DNA from: the human T2T-CHM13v2.0 reference genome, Homo sapiens
Length of the DNA stretch: 64,000 bases
Reading direction: 5' to 3' (one strand)
NCBI RefSeq assembly: GCF_009914755.1
Contig: NC_060928.1
Shown here: positions 17,527 to 30,989 of the stretch, piece after piece
How positions within the stretch are numbered: the stretch's first letter is position 1
Layout: every line of letters starts with the position of its first letter
The notes under the pieces: model-generated
What the model saw: only the letters and a program-made list of their open reading frames with translations
Told to the model about the DNA's origin: nothing
Database searches by the model: none
Program-made: the position numbers and the translations under genes

Positions 17527-18735
17527 TGGTGTTGAGCGTTTTTCATGTTTGTTTGCCATTTGTGTATCTTCTTTTGAGACTTGTGTATTCATGTCTTTCC
17601 CACTTTTTGGTGGGATTATTTGTTTTTACCTTGCTGATTTATTTGAATTCCTTGTAGATTCTGGATATTAGTCCTTTGTCAGATGAATAGCTTGTGAATA
17701 TTTTCTCCTATTCTGTGGGTTGCCTGTTTACTCTGCTGATTATTTCTTTTGCTGTTCAGAAGCTTTTTAGTTTAATTAAGTCCCATCTATTTATCTTTGT
17801 TTTGGTTGCATTTGCATTTGCGTTCTTGGTCATGAACTCTTGCTTAAGGCAATATCTAAAATAGTTTTTCCGATGTTACCTTCTAGAATTTGTATGGTTT
17901 CAGGTCTTAAATTTAAGTCTTTAATCTATCTTGAGTTAATTTTTGTTTAAGGTGAAAGATGAAGTTCCAGTTTCATTCTCCTACATGTGGTTAGCCAATT
18001 ATCCCAGCACCATTTGTTGAATAGGGTGTCGTTGCCCCACTTTATGTTTTTGTTTGCTTTGTTGAAAATCAGCTGGCTGTAAGTATTTGGCTTTATTTCT
18101 GGGTTCTCTATTCTGTTCCATTGGTCTATGTGCCTATTTTTATACCAGCACCATGTAGAATAAAGTCATTATATGAATAAGATACTTGCACACATGTTTA
18201 TAGCAGCACAATTGCAAAAATATGGAACCAGCCTAAATACCCATCAACCAACGAGTGGATAAAGAAAAAAATATATATATATATGTATGTGAAAAAATAT
18301 ATATTCACATACATATATATATGTATATATATACATACACACACACACACACACCACGGAATACTGCTCAGCCATGAAAGGAATGGAATAATGGCATTTG
18401 CAGCAACCTGGATGGAGTTGAAGAGCATTTTTCTAAGCGAAGTAACTCAGGAATGGAAAACCAAACATCATATGTTCTCACTTATAAGTGGGAGCTAAGC
18501 TAGTAGGATGCAAATTCATAAAAATGATATAATGGACTCTGGGGACTTGGGGGATTGGGTGGGAGGTGGGTGAGGGATAAAAGAGTACACACTGGGTACA
18601 GTGTACACTGCTCGGGTGATGGCTGCACCAAAGTCTCAGAAATCACCACTAAAGAACTTATCCATGTAACCAAACGCCACCCGCTCCCCAAAACTACTTT
18701 GAAATAATAATAAATAAATAAATTTAATTTAATAA
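17527..18735 (+). mobile_element. 5'-inverted (twin-primed) L1PB-like insertion
   Basis: 17527-18155 is antisense ORF2 end; 18156-18735 is the sense 3' end with an A-rich tail. TSD AAGAACTAGA at 17517-17526 and 18736-18745. Confidence 0.88.
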
Positions 18736-19238
18736 AAGAACTAGAAGGAAATTCTGAAATTGAAAGGTACAATAACTGAAAGAAAACTTTCACTACAGGA
18801 GCACAACAGTAGACTTGAACAGGCGGAAGAAAGCTAGTAAACTTGAAAGTAAGTTCATAGCGATTATGCAACACAAATAACAAGAGAAAAATCATTAGGA
18901 AAAATATACAAAGCTTCAGATAAATGTGGAACATCAACATGCACCTTAGAGTACCAGAAGTGGAGGGGAGAGTGAGAAAAGGACAGAAATATATTTGAAG
19001 AAATAATGCCTGAAAACATACCATATTTGATGAAAAACACTAACCTACACATCCAAGAAACTCAAGGAACTCCAACTAGTATTTAGGCAAGAAAGACTCA
19101 AACCCAGACACATCTTGTTAAAAACAGTGAAAGAAAGAATGAAGAGAAAATTTTTAAAGTACCAAAAAAAGATACTCATAACAGAAAATAAAATTACAAT
19201 AAAAGTAACTGATACTGCATTAAAAATAATGAAGGCCA

Positions 19239-19927
19239 TTTATTGAAGAGACTGTCCTTTCCCAGTATACATTCCTGGCAACTTTGTTGAAAATGAGTTG
19301 ACAGGGAAAACTATATATCCGTATGCAGATGAATGAAACTAGGCACCTATCTCTCACCATATACAAAAAATCAAAAATCAAAATAGATTGAAAACTTACA
19401 TATAAGATCTGAAACTATAAAATTACTAGAAGAAAATATTGAGGAAACATTCCAGGACATTGATTTGGACACAGATTTCTCAAGTAAGACCTCAAAAGCA
19501 CAGACAATCAAAGCAAAAATGGACAAATGGGATTACATAAAGGTAAAACTTCTTCTGCACAGCAATCAACCAAGTGAAGAGACAATACACAGAATGGGAG
19601 AAAAACTATCACTCTGACAAGTGATTAATAATCTGAATATATAAAAAGCTTAAACAACTGAATAGAAAAAACAAAAAACAAATAATCTGATTAAAAATGG
19701 GCAAAAGATCTGAATATACATTTCTCAAAAGAAGACATACAAATGCCCAACAAGTATGTAAAAAATTCTCAACATCACTAATCATCAGAGAAATGCAAAT
19801 CCAAACTACAAGATATGAGCTCACTCCAGTTAAAACGTCTTTTATTTAAAAACAGGCAATAATAAATGCTGGTGAGGTTGTGAAGGAAGGGGAACCCTCA
19901 TACACTGTTGGTGGGAATGTAAATTAG
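19239..19927 (+). mobile_element. L1MA-like fragment with a short inverted 5' piece
   Basis: 19239-19302 antisense (TTTATTGAAGAGACTGTCCTTTCCC), then sense ORF2 C-terminal sequence; 3' end lost. Confidence 0.75.
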
Positions 19928-20431
19928 AACATGGAGCATTCTCCAGGATAGATTTTATGCTAGACCATAAAACAAGTTTCAATACATTTAAATGGATTGA
20001 AATAGTACAAAATATGTTCTCTAACCTCATTGAAATGAAAATAACAGAAACAAATTTAGGGTATTTCCAGATGGGTTTAAATTAAATAACCTACTAATAA
20101 CCAATTAGTGAAGGAGAAATCACAAGAAATTAGAAATTTTTAGATTAATGAAAATAAACACACAATATACTCAAGCTTATGGATGCTGTTAAAGCAGTTC
20201 ATGGAGGATTTCATGGCTGTTACTGCCTATATTAAATATATATAATCTTAAATAATAATATTACTTTCCACTTAAGACATTAGAAAAAAGAACAAATTAA
20301 ACCTGAAACAAGCAGAAAGGAAGAAAGGATAATTATTAACAAGCAGAAAGGAAAAAAGGATAACTATATAAAGTGAAATTAAGAAAATGGGGAATAGATG
20401 ATAGATAATATTAGCAAAACCAAAAGTTTAA

Positions 20432-21878
20432 ATGTGGCCATCCAGTCATCCTAGCCCCAGTTGTTGAAAACACTATTCAATCTTTCCCCCATTGAATTAT
20501 CTCAGCACTCTTGTCGAAAACTAATTGACTTTAATGAGAGGGCTTATTTTTGAACTTTTTATTTTATTCCATTGATCTGTATGTCTGTCTCTAGGCCAGT
20601 ACCCCACTGTGTTGATTACAGTAGCTTGGACGACTGCATAAATGCAGGCAAAAGAGTAAATATGAACTCCTTTCTTATTCATTATACAAAAATGAACTCA
20701 AAATAAATCAAATCACCTAAATATGAGAGCTAAAGCTATAAAACTCTTAGAAGAAAATATAAGAACAAATTATGGCTTTGGGTTAGACAAAGCCTTCTTA
20801 GATGTGACACTAACAACACAGGGACAAAATAAAGCAAATAAATAAATCAATGAAAAAGAAAGGATAAATTAAAAGCTTTTATGCTACAAAGGTTACCATC
20901 AAGACAATGAAAAGAAAACTCACAGAATGAGAGAAAAGATTTATAAATTATATATCTTGACATGGGACTTCTCTCTAGAATATAGGAAAACTTTTAAAAC
21001 TCAAAAATATAACTCAGTGATAGGCAAAATTTTGAATAGGCATTTCTTAAAAGAAGGTATACAAATAGTCATTAGGCACATAAAAATGCTCAATATTGTT
21101 AGCCATCAGAGAAATCTAAATCTGAACCATAATGTGATACCACTTACACCCACCAGTATGATTGTTATTAAAATGACAGACATGTTAGGGAGATGTGGAA
21201 AGTTTGGAGCCCTTACACATGAATGTTGGGAATGTAATTTGGTATAGCCACTTTGGACATGGTCTAGCCATTCCTCAAAGGTTTAAATTTGTAGTTACAT
21301 TATGACCCAACAATTCCACTCTTACGTATAGAATAAAAAGAATTAAAACTACATCTCTACAAAAAGGCTTGTACAAAAAAAGTTCACAGCAGCATTACTT
21401 ATAATAGTCCAAAAGTGGAAATGGCCAAAATGTCCATCAACTGATAAATAGAAAAATAAAATGATATATATCCATAAAATGGAATGTATTTTGACAATAG
21501 AAAGAAATAAGTTATTGATACATACTACAACGTGAATGAACCTTGAAAAAATTGTGCTGAAAGAAGCCACTCACAAGAGGTCATATACTGTATGATTTCA
21601 TTTATTTAAAATGACCAGAATATGCAAATCTAAAAAGATAGAGAGTAGATTAGTGTTTGCCTAGGACTGGGAGTGTTGGGAGAGAAATAAGAATGAATGT
21701 TAATGGCTATAAGGATTTCTAGGGGGATAATGACTAAATTCTAAAATCGATTGCAGTGATGGTTGCACAACTCTGAGGATATAACAGAAGCATTGAATTT
21801 TACGCTTTAAATGTGTGAAATGTATGGTACATGAATATGTGAATCATATCTCAATAGAGATGTTACATTTTTTAAAAG
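20432..21878 (+). mobile_element. L1MB/L1MC-like 3' end with an inverted 5' segment
   Basis: ~20432-20627 antisense (TTATTCCATTGATCTGTATGTCTGTC), then sense ORF2 end and 3'UTR (GATGGTTGCACAACTCTG). Confidence 0.75.
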
Positions 21879-24339
21879 GATAATCATAGACCTCAAGTGG
21901 CTCAGAGTCTATTGAGGAAATTTAATTTCTTTAGTTACCACCCAATAGATTGGCTCACAATAGTTTAGATAATCATACAAGAAATCTAATAAAAATATGT
22001 GACATGGTAATACATGATTTCTATTTCTGGCTTGTCAAGATTTGGATTGTAGAGTATAACAAGTCTTAAAGCCATTTATTACCTACTACATGACATTCAT
22101 TCATGGAGGCCTGCCTGAACTTAGATCTTCATGGATGGCAAGAGGTCAGTTAAGTGTCTGCAGCCAAGTACTAATCCCTCATATATGCTTGCAATGCTGC
22201 TGGTGTTTGCCTGCCTTAGAGTGATCACAAGTCTTATTGAGTACTCTCATGTATTATAAGAGAATAAATAGCATTAGGTTTTAACAATAAAGATAAAGTT
22301 ACCTTCTCTTTTTTCCAGATTTCCTGTGTAACATCGGAATTAAACTGTTGCAACATTCAGCACATTTTTATCCAGATAAATATTGAAAACATATTTAATG
22401 CAATATTGGAGGGATTATAGCATTCAGAAAAGGGAAAGTCTGACTAATGCAGCAGCTGCACTGCATTCCAGCACACTCAAGACATTGCCAGCATTTATTA
22501 GCCAGTCAAGTCTTTGACAATAAACAATCTACAGTCCAGGCTCATGCTCTCTAGTGGATAGTTGTTGGAACTTTGTTTTCATGACAGCATTAATAGCTCT
22601 TGTTTCTGTAGGTTGCCTATTGTTAACTGCTTAAGTCATATCAGAAAGATTTTAATGAAGCTTTAAATGTACTTTTAACTGCATTCTAGTAGATGGTATT
22701 TTTATGATAATGATCCACTTTGTAAAAAGTAAATAAATATATAATTAAAACAGGAATTCCAATAGAAAATAGGGTATCTATTAACCATAAAAATTGAGTT
22801 GGTTGTTTCTTAACCACTTTATTTCTAAAATCTTGTATCTAAAAATAAAACAAAAGACGACAGTTTTTTTTCTGTTTTCTTCTCAATGTAACGTCCCTTT
22901 TTATGTCTCTTGATAACATATAATCTCATGAGGTTATTAAAATCAGGGCAGATTGTCAGCAAGTTCATACTGGAAAGGCCACAGTGCTTGTAGAAATGGT
23001 TTCATTCCTAATTGGATCACTTTTCACTCTGCATTATCTGTTCCCAGGTCATATTAATTGTTCAATATTTTGAATAACATCTTTGGTTATAATAGATCAT
23101 TAATGTAGCCAAAACCCATTTTTTGGTGGTTTAAATTGGAAGGTATCCAAATGACATTCTAAAGAAGTAATTAAAACCAAAAAAAATGTAGGCTACACAG
23201 GATGGAAAAGGATAACAATAACATATCACACATTCTTGGTCTAGTCTCATTTTGATAAATAACAAATATTTATGAAGTACTCAGCAAAGGCTGTGAATAC
23301 AGTTTACGTTTGCAGAATGAGGTAAAGTGATGCAATAAATTGCTAAAAAATGCATATATATTACATATACATATTCTATATTTTGATCAAAGCAAGCAGC
23401 CCCACAAGTGAAAATATCAAAAAGAAATGAAAAACTTTCTAGATGTGTGTTCCATTGCATTATCCAGATCAGTAATAACATTGTCACCTTTATTTGTATT
23501 ACAGCAAGTATGTTTGTATTGTCGATTGAATACTTCTCTAATACAATAAAATATATATTTAAATTTTTTTTTATCAAAGAGCTTTGGTGAATAGGTAGAA
23601 ATATAATACTTGTAGTTTGTGTAAAAGTCTTATTAGTCATGTACAACTCTGTAGACATTTATTCAGTGGGGTCTTGAAAACTGTTAATACTGCACACTGT
23701 TTAACAACTAGTATTTGTAGAAAAAATTGCTTTTTTGAATACTTAATACTTATTTTTTGAGATTCAGACCAAATCCTTCATGTATAAAGAAGCTTTGATC
23801 CCTTTCTGTGAAGACTTCATCAGTCCTTCTTTTGTGCTTTATTATTTCTTATTAAAGCGGCTTAAAATTTGGTAACCCTTTTTTTAGATTTTCTTGTTTT
23901 ATATAAAATATAAGCTAGTCGGGAAAAGGCAGGCATAAAAACTTAACATAGTGTATACTACTGACTAAGAGAAAAGCTGTATATGTAAAGAATACTACTC
24001 ATTTCCTTGCATAATCATTTATTAACCCATGCTTTAAAAAATTGCTTTTAATTTAAATCAGTATAAGTTCAATAGCTGTACTATTGAATACTAAACCTAC
24101 ATCTTTTCAGTATTCTATAAATTAAATAATTTCAAAATAAAAATTTAAAAATTTTATAAAACAGAGGTTCATGTTTCAATATGAGTAACTCTTAAAAATG
24201 TAATGTTGATAATATACATTAACATTTTTTAAACATGAAAACTTGTGCATATATTGGTTTTTCAGTATATACGTCTAATAGGGAAGAAACATATAGAAAT
24301 GGAACCAACTACTACTTTAGTTTAGAGTTGATCCACAGA

Positions 24340-26330
24340 GTTCTAAGGTCATGGCGACTATGTGGCTAAAAAGAGAAAAATTTGAAATTTGAATTTAGAA
24401 ATATTTAGATCTACTCATGTTTTTCTCCTACCCCCTAAAGCTGGGACTGAACCGCTCATATCTCAGCAGAAGTTGGAGATTTACACCAGGGAAAGAACAG
24501 AACAAGGTGTCTCTGGACTTGAGTATAACAGGCAAATTGAGAATGCAATACAGAAAATGTGGGATTAAGTGAAAGTTTACCCTGCTGATACTCAAATCAC
24601 CCCCCCTCCCCACAACCTCTTCCATACCAGTTCCCAAAATCAAGGTATCCAATATTATACTCTGTAATCAGGAGATTGAAAAAAATCTATGGAACGCTCG
24701 TTTAGCCAGCCAATTGAAGAGACTTACAGAAGCTGACATGATAGCAATCAAGCCAGTCAAGCCAGAGTACTGTAAAAATGTAACCAAAACTTATCAAACA
24801 GCAAGGGCCACAGTTCACATTTCTTATGTAGACAAAGTTTCAAATCAGATTTACATGCCCTAATTTTAAAGATAAGAAGACAGCCATAATAAAGATATAT
24901 CTAGGGAGCCCTCCAATACGAAATAAACTGATCATAACAAATAAGCAAGAAAAAGAAAGAAACTTGAAGAAAAGACATTAGACAGGAAGAAATAATAACT
25001 ATCATTAATATTCTCAGAGAGACAAAAGAAAGAAATATCTCTCTGTTAGAAGACCAATGTAATGAAAAAGAGATATTCAGGAAACAAAAAATAACTTGAA
25101 ATGTAAACTATATAGCAGAAATGAAAATTTGATATATTAATTAGAAATTTAAATAATTCTTCCCCCAAATCAAGAAAAATACAAATTTATGGAAACATGG
25201 GAGAAAAGATCAGAAAATCAGAGGATCAGGTCTGGAGTCTCAACATCTGAATAAAAGGAGTTCCTGTAAGACAGAACAGAGGAAAAAGCGGTGAGAAAAT
25301 TAAAAAAAAAATCAGTAAATTATTCCTGGAATAAGGAAATTAGTTTCTTCCGTGAATAGATTCATGAAATGCCTAGAACAATTGATGAAGATAGAGCTAC
25401 ATGTACATATTATACTAAAATTTCTACATATTGTATCAAGAACAGCATGATTTTCAGGGAGAAAAAAATAAAATAATTTTTCTTTAAGCAAAGAATCACA
25501 AATTACATTTGGAACTAGAAGATAATGGAGCCTTAAAATATCAAGAAAATCTGTTTGAACCTAATAGTCTATTCCTAAAAAAACTACCAACTAAATATGA
25601 TTATAGATGCTTTGACGTGCAAAGTGTTGAAAAACTATTTACCTTTATGCAGTCATTCTCAAAAAGATACTGTGGATAGGCTTAAAAGAAAATTATGTAA
25701 TTAACTAATTAAAGCTAGAGGAGTTTCAGATCTCCTAAGATCTAGAAAGCAAACAAACCAGATCAGAACAAGTGAGAAATCATGGGGAGATGTTTCCCTA
25801 AGAAGATGACATTTGTTGGGCATTTTATGCATATGAATATACTAACATTTAGAGAAAAACTTTATTTCTGGAGAAAAACTTAGAGAAAAACTAGAGATTA
25901 ATATATTTAAAAAAAACTAAGCAAAGAAAAAAGACAATTAGTAACTCCAAGGGAAATAAGAAGTTGTTCAAGAAAAAAATAACAATATTCTATAAGGCTC
26001 AGATGTGAATAATATCTTGTCATGATAAGGTAAATGCAGACTATTGACCTAACCAGAACTGCAAGTACATTTAGTAATGGATAGAAAGGAAGTGTATTTT
26101 TTGGATGTGGTGAGAAAGGAAGTTAAATTCCTAAGATACAGAGATAAATAACAAATGCAACAAGTTACATAACTAAAAGTAATTGCCTCTGGGAAGCACT
26201 GAATGATAAGACTATTTTTGAAGAGGGGCTAAGAGACTAACATTTTTCCTGAAGAAAGGCTTGACACTTTAAGTGACATTTGAGTTTGAGAAAATTAAAT
26301 ATAATTTGGACAAAAAAATCATCATTTAAA
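24340..26330 (+). mobile_element. HAL1 (half-L1)-like element
   Basis: ORF1-like GAAAATCAGAGGATCAGGTCTGGAGTCTCAACATCTGAATAAAAGGAGTTCC with no ORF2 following; 3' GTAATTGCCTCTGGG motif. Confidence 0.6.
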
Positions 26331-27573
26331 AAAGAGATTGTATGAAATGAGAGAATAAAGTATAATACTGTCTTAAGAGAAGAAACAATATTCTTGCATG
26401 CGTAAAACATGTAGAGAACAACCATACTGACAGCAAAAGTAATTGGGAGTCACTGAGTGGTAGTTTCTATATGACCTATACAAGTGCATGTCTTCAGTCT
26501 TGTTTGTTCCTTAATTCCACTGAGACTGCTTGCAAATTGCTTGTAATTCTTTCTCAGTGCTCACCAGATGGAATACTTATCATGTATTCCATTCTTTTCT
26601 TTGATCTGCTAGAATACAGTTTACACTTAAATCTAATCCAATTTTATGCAGAAAACATCTAATGTTAAAGAAAATTACAAAATGCTAAAAGAACATTTAC
26701 AGTACGATAAAATGTATGATTATAAACACTGGTACAATCACACCATACATAAAACCACTTTAACTTTTAACCAGATTATCATCTGAAAGGCAATGTACAC
26801 ACTCTGAGACCAGGGCCAATGATCAAATGTTTTAGATTAAAATGGAAGAGAGCCAGAGGAAAAAAAAAAAAAAAAAGGAAAAATTGCCCAGGAAACCAAA
26901 ACCGGAAAGAGTGAACACAAAGAATAAACAGAACAAACCTAAAAATTATCAAGATGAATTTAATATAATGTTTTAAGAAAGTTATAATTTGAAATTAAGT
27001 ACTATTCAATTTATTAAAAGTCAGAGTACTAAATGATAAATAAATTAATATATTCATTTTGGAACTTTCCTGCAGAAAGCATCAGATAAGAAGTGTATTA
27101 CAGTGGCCTAAAGAATGACATCACAAATGAGTACATCCATCTTGCATGGATGGTGAAAGTACATCCATCTTGCCGTTGGTGAAACAACGACATATTTTGG
27201 CAGCACAAGCAAGTAAGGGAAAAGGAGTATGCATTTAAAATTTCTCCAAAACATTCTTGTTAAACCCAACCCATGATCTCAGATCATGTACAGCCCCGGG
27301 TTAAAAGGAACAAGAATCAGGTTAGACTCAGACTAAATTTGTGTCAAATTGATAGAAGTAAATATTATGAATGTTAATAGTCAACATGGTTGATTATAAA
27401 TAAAATTATTTTCAAAAATGAACTATTGTGTTTCCCAAGGAAAATTTTATTAATAAAATGGAAATAGTTTTTTAAAGGTACTTAGTTTATTAGTCCAAAA
27501 ATAATAATGAAACCCAAACTGCCAAACAACTTGCTTTATAAAGTAGAACAGTGATTCATTTTTGCATGTTTAG

Positions 27574-27576
<3 letters not shown>

Positions 27577-27614
<38 letters not shown>
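27577..27614. repeat. (TG)n microsatellite
   Basis: ~19 perfect TG units. Confidence 0.95.
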
Positions 27615-27618
<4 letters not shown>

Positions 27619-28689
27619 AAGGTGTAGGGAGTAGCATTTTAACGTTTCTATAACTTCTTTTGTTCAAATAGAATTCTATTATAAAATGGAATTTATCTTA
27701 AGTTTAGATATTTAAAAAATACAATGGTATACTATATGTAACTGACTATAACCAAATAAAGGAATTTATTTTAGCTTAGGAGAGATTATCAAATACTTAG
27801 GAGCTTCATAAAGCTCAGGCACTGCAATCCATAACCAGGAATGGAGGCCTGATTCAGTCAATATGTTTACCCAAGAAACCTAGAGCATGAAGACAAGCCT
27901 GGACCTGAATAAATGCATTTTGTATTTATAAGATCATGATTGCTTTTATATTCTAAGACAAGCTTTTACCAAAACTATTCCCCTTTTTGGTTTGTGGCTA
28001 AAGTACTCTTGATATTATCCTCTCAAAGAACTGGAAGGATAGAAATTGTTTGAAATGGTATTCCCAGAGCATAAACTCTAAATTTCATAATCCCAGAGTG
28101 GTAAAAATGTCCACTGTTAAGTAAAACTTGGGGGGATAGAAAAAATGGGGTTTATTAAACTTTCCTGACCTGCATTGTTATTGTTCTTTGACATTGCTTT
28201 ACCTGTGGCAACATTATGCTTTGTTTCCCTCTGTGTGTGCTTGTGTGTTTATGTTTGTATATGTGTTCTGTTTAAATCAAATGGATTAAAATTGTAGTAT
28301 TGAGTTCAGTCAAAAACCTCAGTCACACCTTCCCTATTGCCAGCTTCACAACTATTTCAACAAACTTTTATATTCAACAATTGACCAATTTAGTCAATCA
28401 AATTTTTTATTCAGTCAAAAGTCTAAGCAAATTTATTTGATTAAAGTCGTTCTATGTGAATAATCAGATGACTGATCCCTTATGAATGAAGCATATTTGA
28501 AAATAGAAGAGAAAAGCATGGGGAAAAAAAGTCCAGAAATTTAGGAGTGCCTTTTACATATTTTTTAAGGTATAAACTTCAAAGCCAGGTAATCTGTGTT
28601 CTTTATCGGTCTAGAAAAAAATATTTGCTCTGTAGCTCTCTAATCTGTGAAATGGGATGGATAACATTTGTGAAAGTTTTTATCAAAGT

Positions 28690-28840
28690 GTGGCCTCCTA
28701 AAAGCCCATCTGTATCAGAATCACCTGAGATTTAGATAAAACACATATTCTTGGGCCTTACCTCTGATCCTGGTGATGAGTATAGGATCTGCATTATCAG
28801 CCCAGCAGATTTTACATACCCTAAAATTGAAGAGCCACTG
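28690..28840. mobile_element. MER5-type hAT DNA transposon (MITE), preceded by a MIR trace
   Basis: ATCAGAATCACCTG...ATCTGCATT...TTGAAGAGCCACTG. Confidence 0.7.
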
Positions 28841-29534
28841 ACTGAACCTTCAGGGTTAGTGTGTAGATTAAGATTAGCAACCAAAGCATTTAAGGCCTTG
28901 GCAAACTGAGCTAGCTCTGAACCTGATTTAATAAAATAACAACAACAAAACACAATTCTAGATGCAATACTGCCCATGTTTTTTGTGATAGGGGAGAAGG
29001 AAGACTCCAGTTAGGGCTGCTGTAGCAGAGTGCAGCAGTCTACTGGGGTGGGACTGGAAAGAGCTCAGGATTTTATGTTCAGTCCGTTACTGCAAGAGCA
29101 CCAGAGCTGTTGTAATGCCCAGCCCTGAATGTTTGTGGGATGAGCTCAAATGAACATAATTCTGAGGTTATCTAGTTTGGTTGAGTGAATTTGCAGTAGG
29201 GGAGATGAAGAACAGCGCTCAAGCACTCAATGACCCTCTCAAGGTCATTCCTCTCTGGATACTTATAGTTACATGAACACTGCCTTTATAATACTCTAAA
29301 ATGTCTACTGTATGAAGTAGCACATTTAAGTTGATTAATCCACGAAAAAGGAAAAAAATAACAAAATCATAAATCAAAAGGGGATCCTACTCATTCTAAA
29401 CAACAATAAATATATAAATTCTGCTTTTCCTTTTGCTGTATCTGCAATGCAGTACAAAATAATTGGATAAAAATTTTATCCTATTTATACATACATAATT
29501 AATTGAAAGCATATAATTGTAATATATATGCTAG

Positions 29535-30111
29535 TATATTAGGGTTCTTCAGAGGGACACAACCAATAGAGTATATGTTTATATAAAAGGGAGTTTATTA
29601 GTGATAATTGGCTTACATGATTACTAGGTGAAGTCTTGTGATAGGCCATCTGCAAGCTGGGGGAAGAGAGAAACTGATAGTGGCTCAGTCCAAGTTCAAA
29701 AGCCTCAAAACCAGGGAAGCCAACAGTGCAGCCCTCAGTCTGAGGCCAAAGGTCTGAGAGCCTCTGGGAGGCTACTGGTGCAAGTCTCAGAGTCCAAAGG
29801 CCAAAGAACCTGCAGTCTGATGTCCAAGAGCAGGAGCAGAGGAAGCAAGCATCTGATATGGGAAGAGAGAGAACCAGAAGACTGAGCAAGCTGCTAATCC
29901 CCCTCCTTCTGCCTGCTTTGTTCTAGCCATGCTGGCAGTCATTGGATGGTGCCCACCTACATCAAGGTTGGGTCTTCCTCTCCAAGTCCACTGACTCAAA
30001 TATCAATCTCCTCTGGCAACACCCTTACAGACACACCCAGAAACAGTATTTCCCCAGGCATCTAGGCATCCTTTAATCCAGTCCAGCTGACACCTAACAT
30101 TAACCATGATA
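29535..30111 (-). mobile_element. 3' LTR (MLT2B-like)
   Basis: TATTAGGGTTCTTCAGAGGGAC...CACCTAACATTAACCATGATA; direct repeat of 36290-36853. Confidence 0.92.
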
Positions 30112-30689
30112 AGTTGACCTCTTGTCCACTGAGCACCCATACACATGCCCTCAAATCATACTTAATCTCCAAGTAAAGACAATAACGAAGTCATAATTCC
30201 ATCTAACATAATACAACTATCCTTTGTACAACTGAAAATGCAGTAATCCTTAACCTAAATAGTATATATAAAATTAAGAACACTTAAGTGCTGATATAAA
30301 GTCAATAAATCTTAGGTTACATGATAAAGAAATAAGAAATTTAAAAAAAACAAAGACTTTGCTTAATACAGTGGTATATATGCACAAATATATTCTTAAC
30401 AAAATAAGGAGGAAATACTCATGACAAGTACAGTCCTCATGTCAGTAACTGGTCACGTGGTCATAGCTGGTATTGATAACTACCTTCTACTACTCATTTG
30501 CCTTCAGCAAGCATCTTGGTTGTTTTGTTATTTTTGTTTTTGTTTTGGTTTGTTTTACCTGACGGAGTGACCCAACCCTCAATTCCTGAAGGGTCTGGGC
30601 CATTTATATTCTGAGCCTGAATTGGGTTGTTGTAGTTTCCCATTGACTTTAATTACAGGGCCGGGTAATATTAAGGGAAGCCCTAAGGT

Positions 30690-30965
30690 ATCTCCTGAAT
30701 TCCAAACATATGATTCCTTACCTCCATTGTGGAGCAGTAGTCTGATTTCATTTTGAAATCAGGTCAATCAGTCCAGCCAACACTAACTCCATTCTTAGCC
30801 TGTTGACTTAGAGACATGAGTCCAAAGTGGCCACATGGCAATTTTAATTTCCAGTTCAATGGAGTCACTGTTGTGTCTCCTGGTGGCTGCATTCTTCCTT
30901 CTGGAACTCAGACCTCTAGGCCAGCAGAACATAACGTTGAGGGAACAGAAAGCAAAAATTTTGCT
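30690..30965 (-). pseudogene. ERV-L dUTPase remnant
   Basis: Lies downstream of integrase; reverse translation gives PPGDTTVTPLNWKLKLPCGHFGL. Confidence 0.75.
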
Positions 30966-30989
30966 AATGGGTCACTAGAGGTGATGGTG

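Larger units (their letters stand above)
16200..20430 (+). mobile_element. Old L1M host element (5'UTR, ORF1, ORF2 start) split by younger L1 inserts
   Basis: ORF1-like sequence at ~17300-17516 resumes at 18746-19238. Endonuclease-region sequence (AACATGGAGCATTCTCCAGGATAG) resumes at 19928. Confidence 0.7.

Noticed and set aside
18500-19024. 174-aa minus-strand ORF
   Set aside because: Antisense of L1 3'UTR and ORF1 pieces spanning an insertion junction; low-complexity composition.
23281-23658. 125-aa ORF, and similar AT-rich ORFs at 40641-40890, 42795-43118 and 49487-49816
   Set aside because: No recognisable domain or splice context; the I/K/F/N-rich composition is typical of random AT-rich frames.
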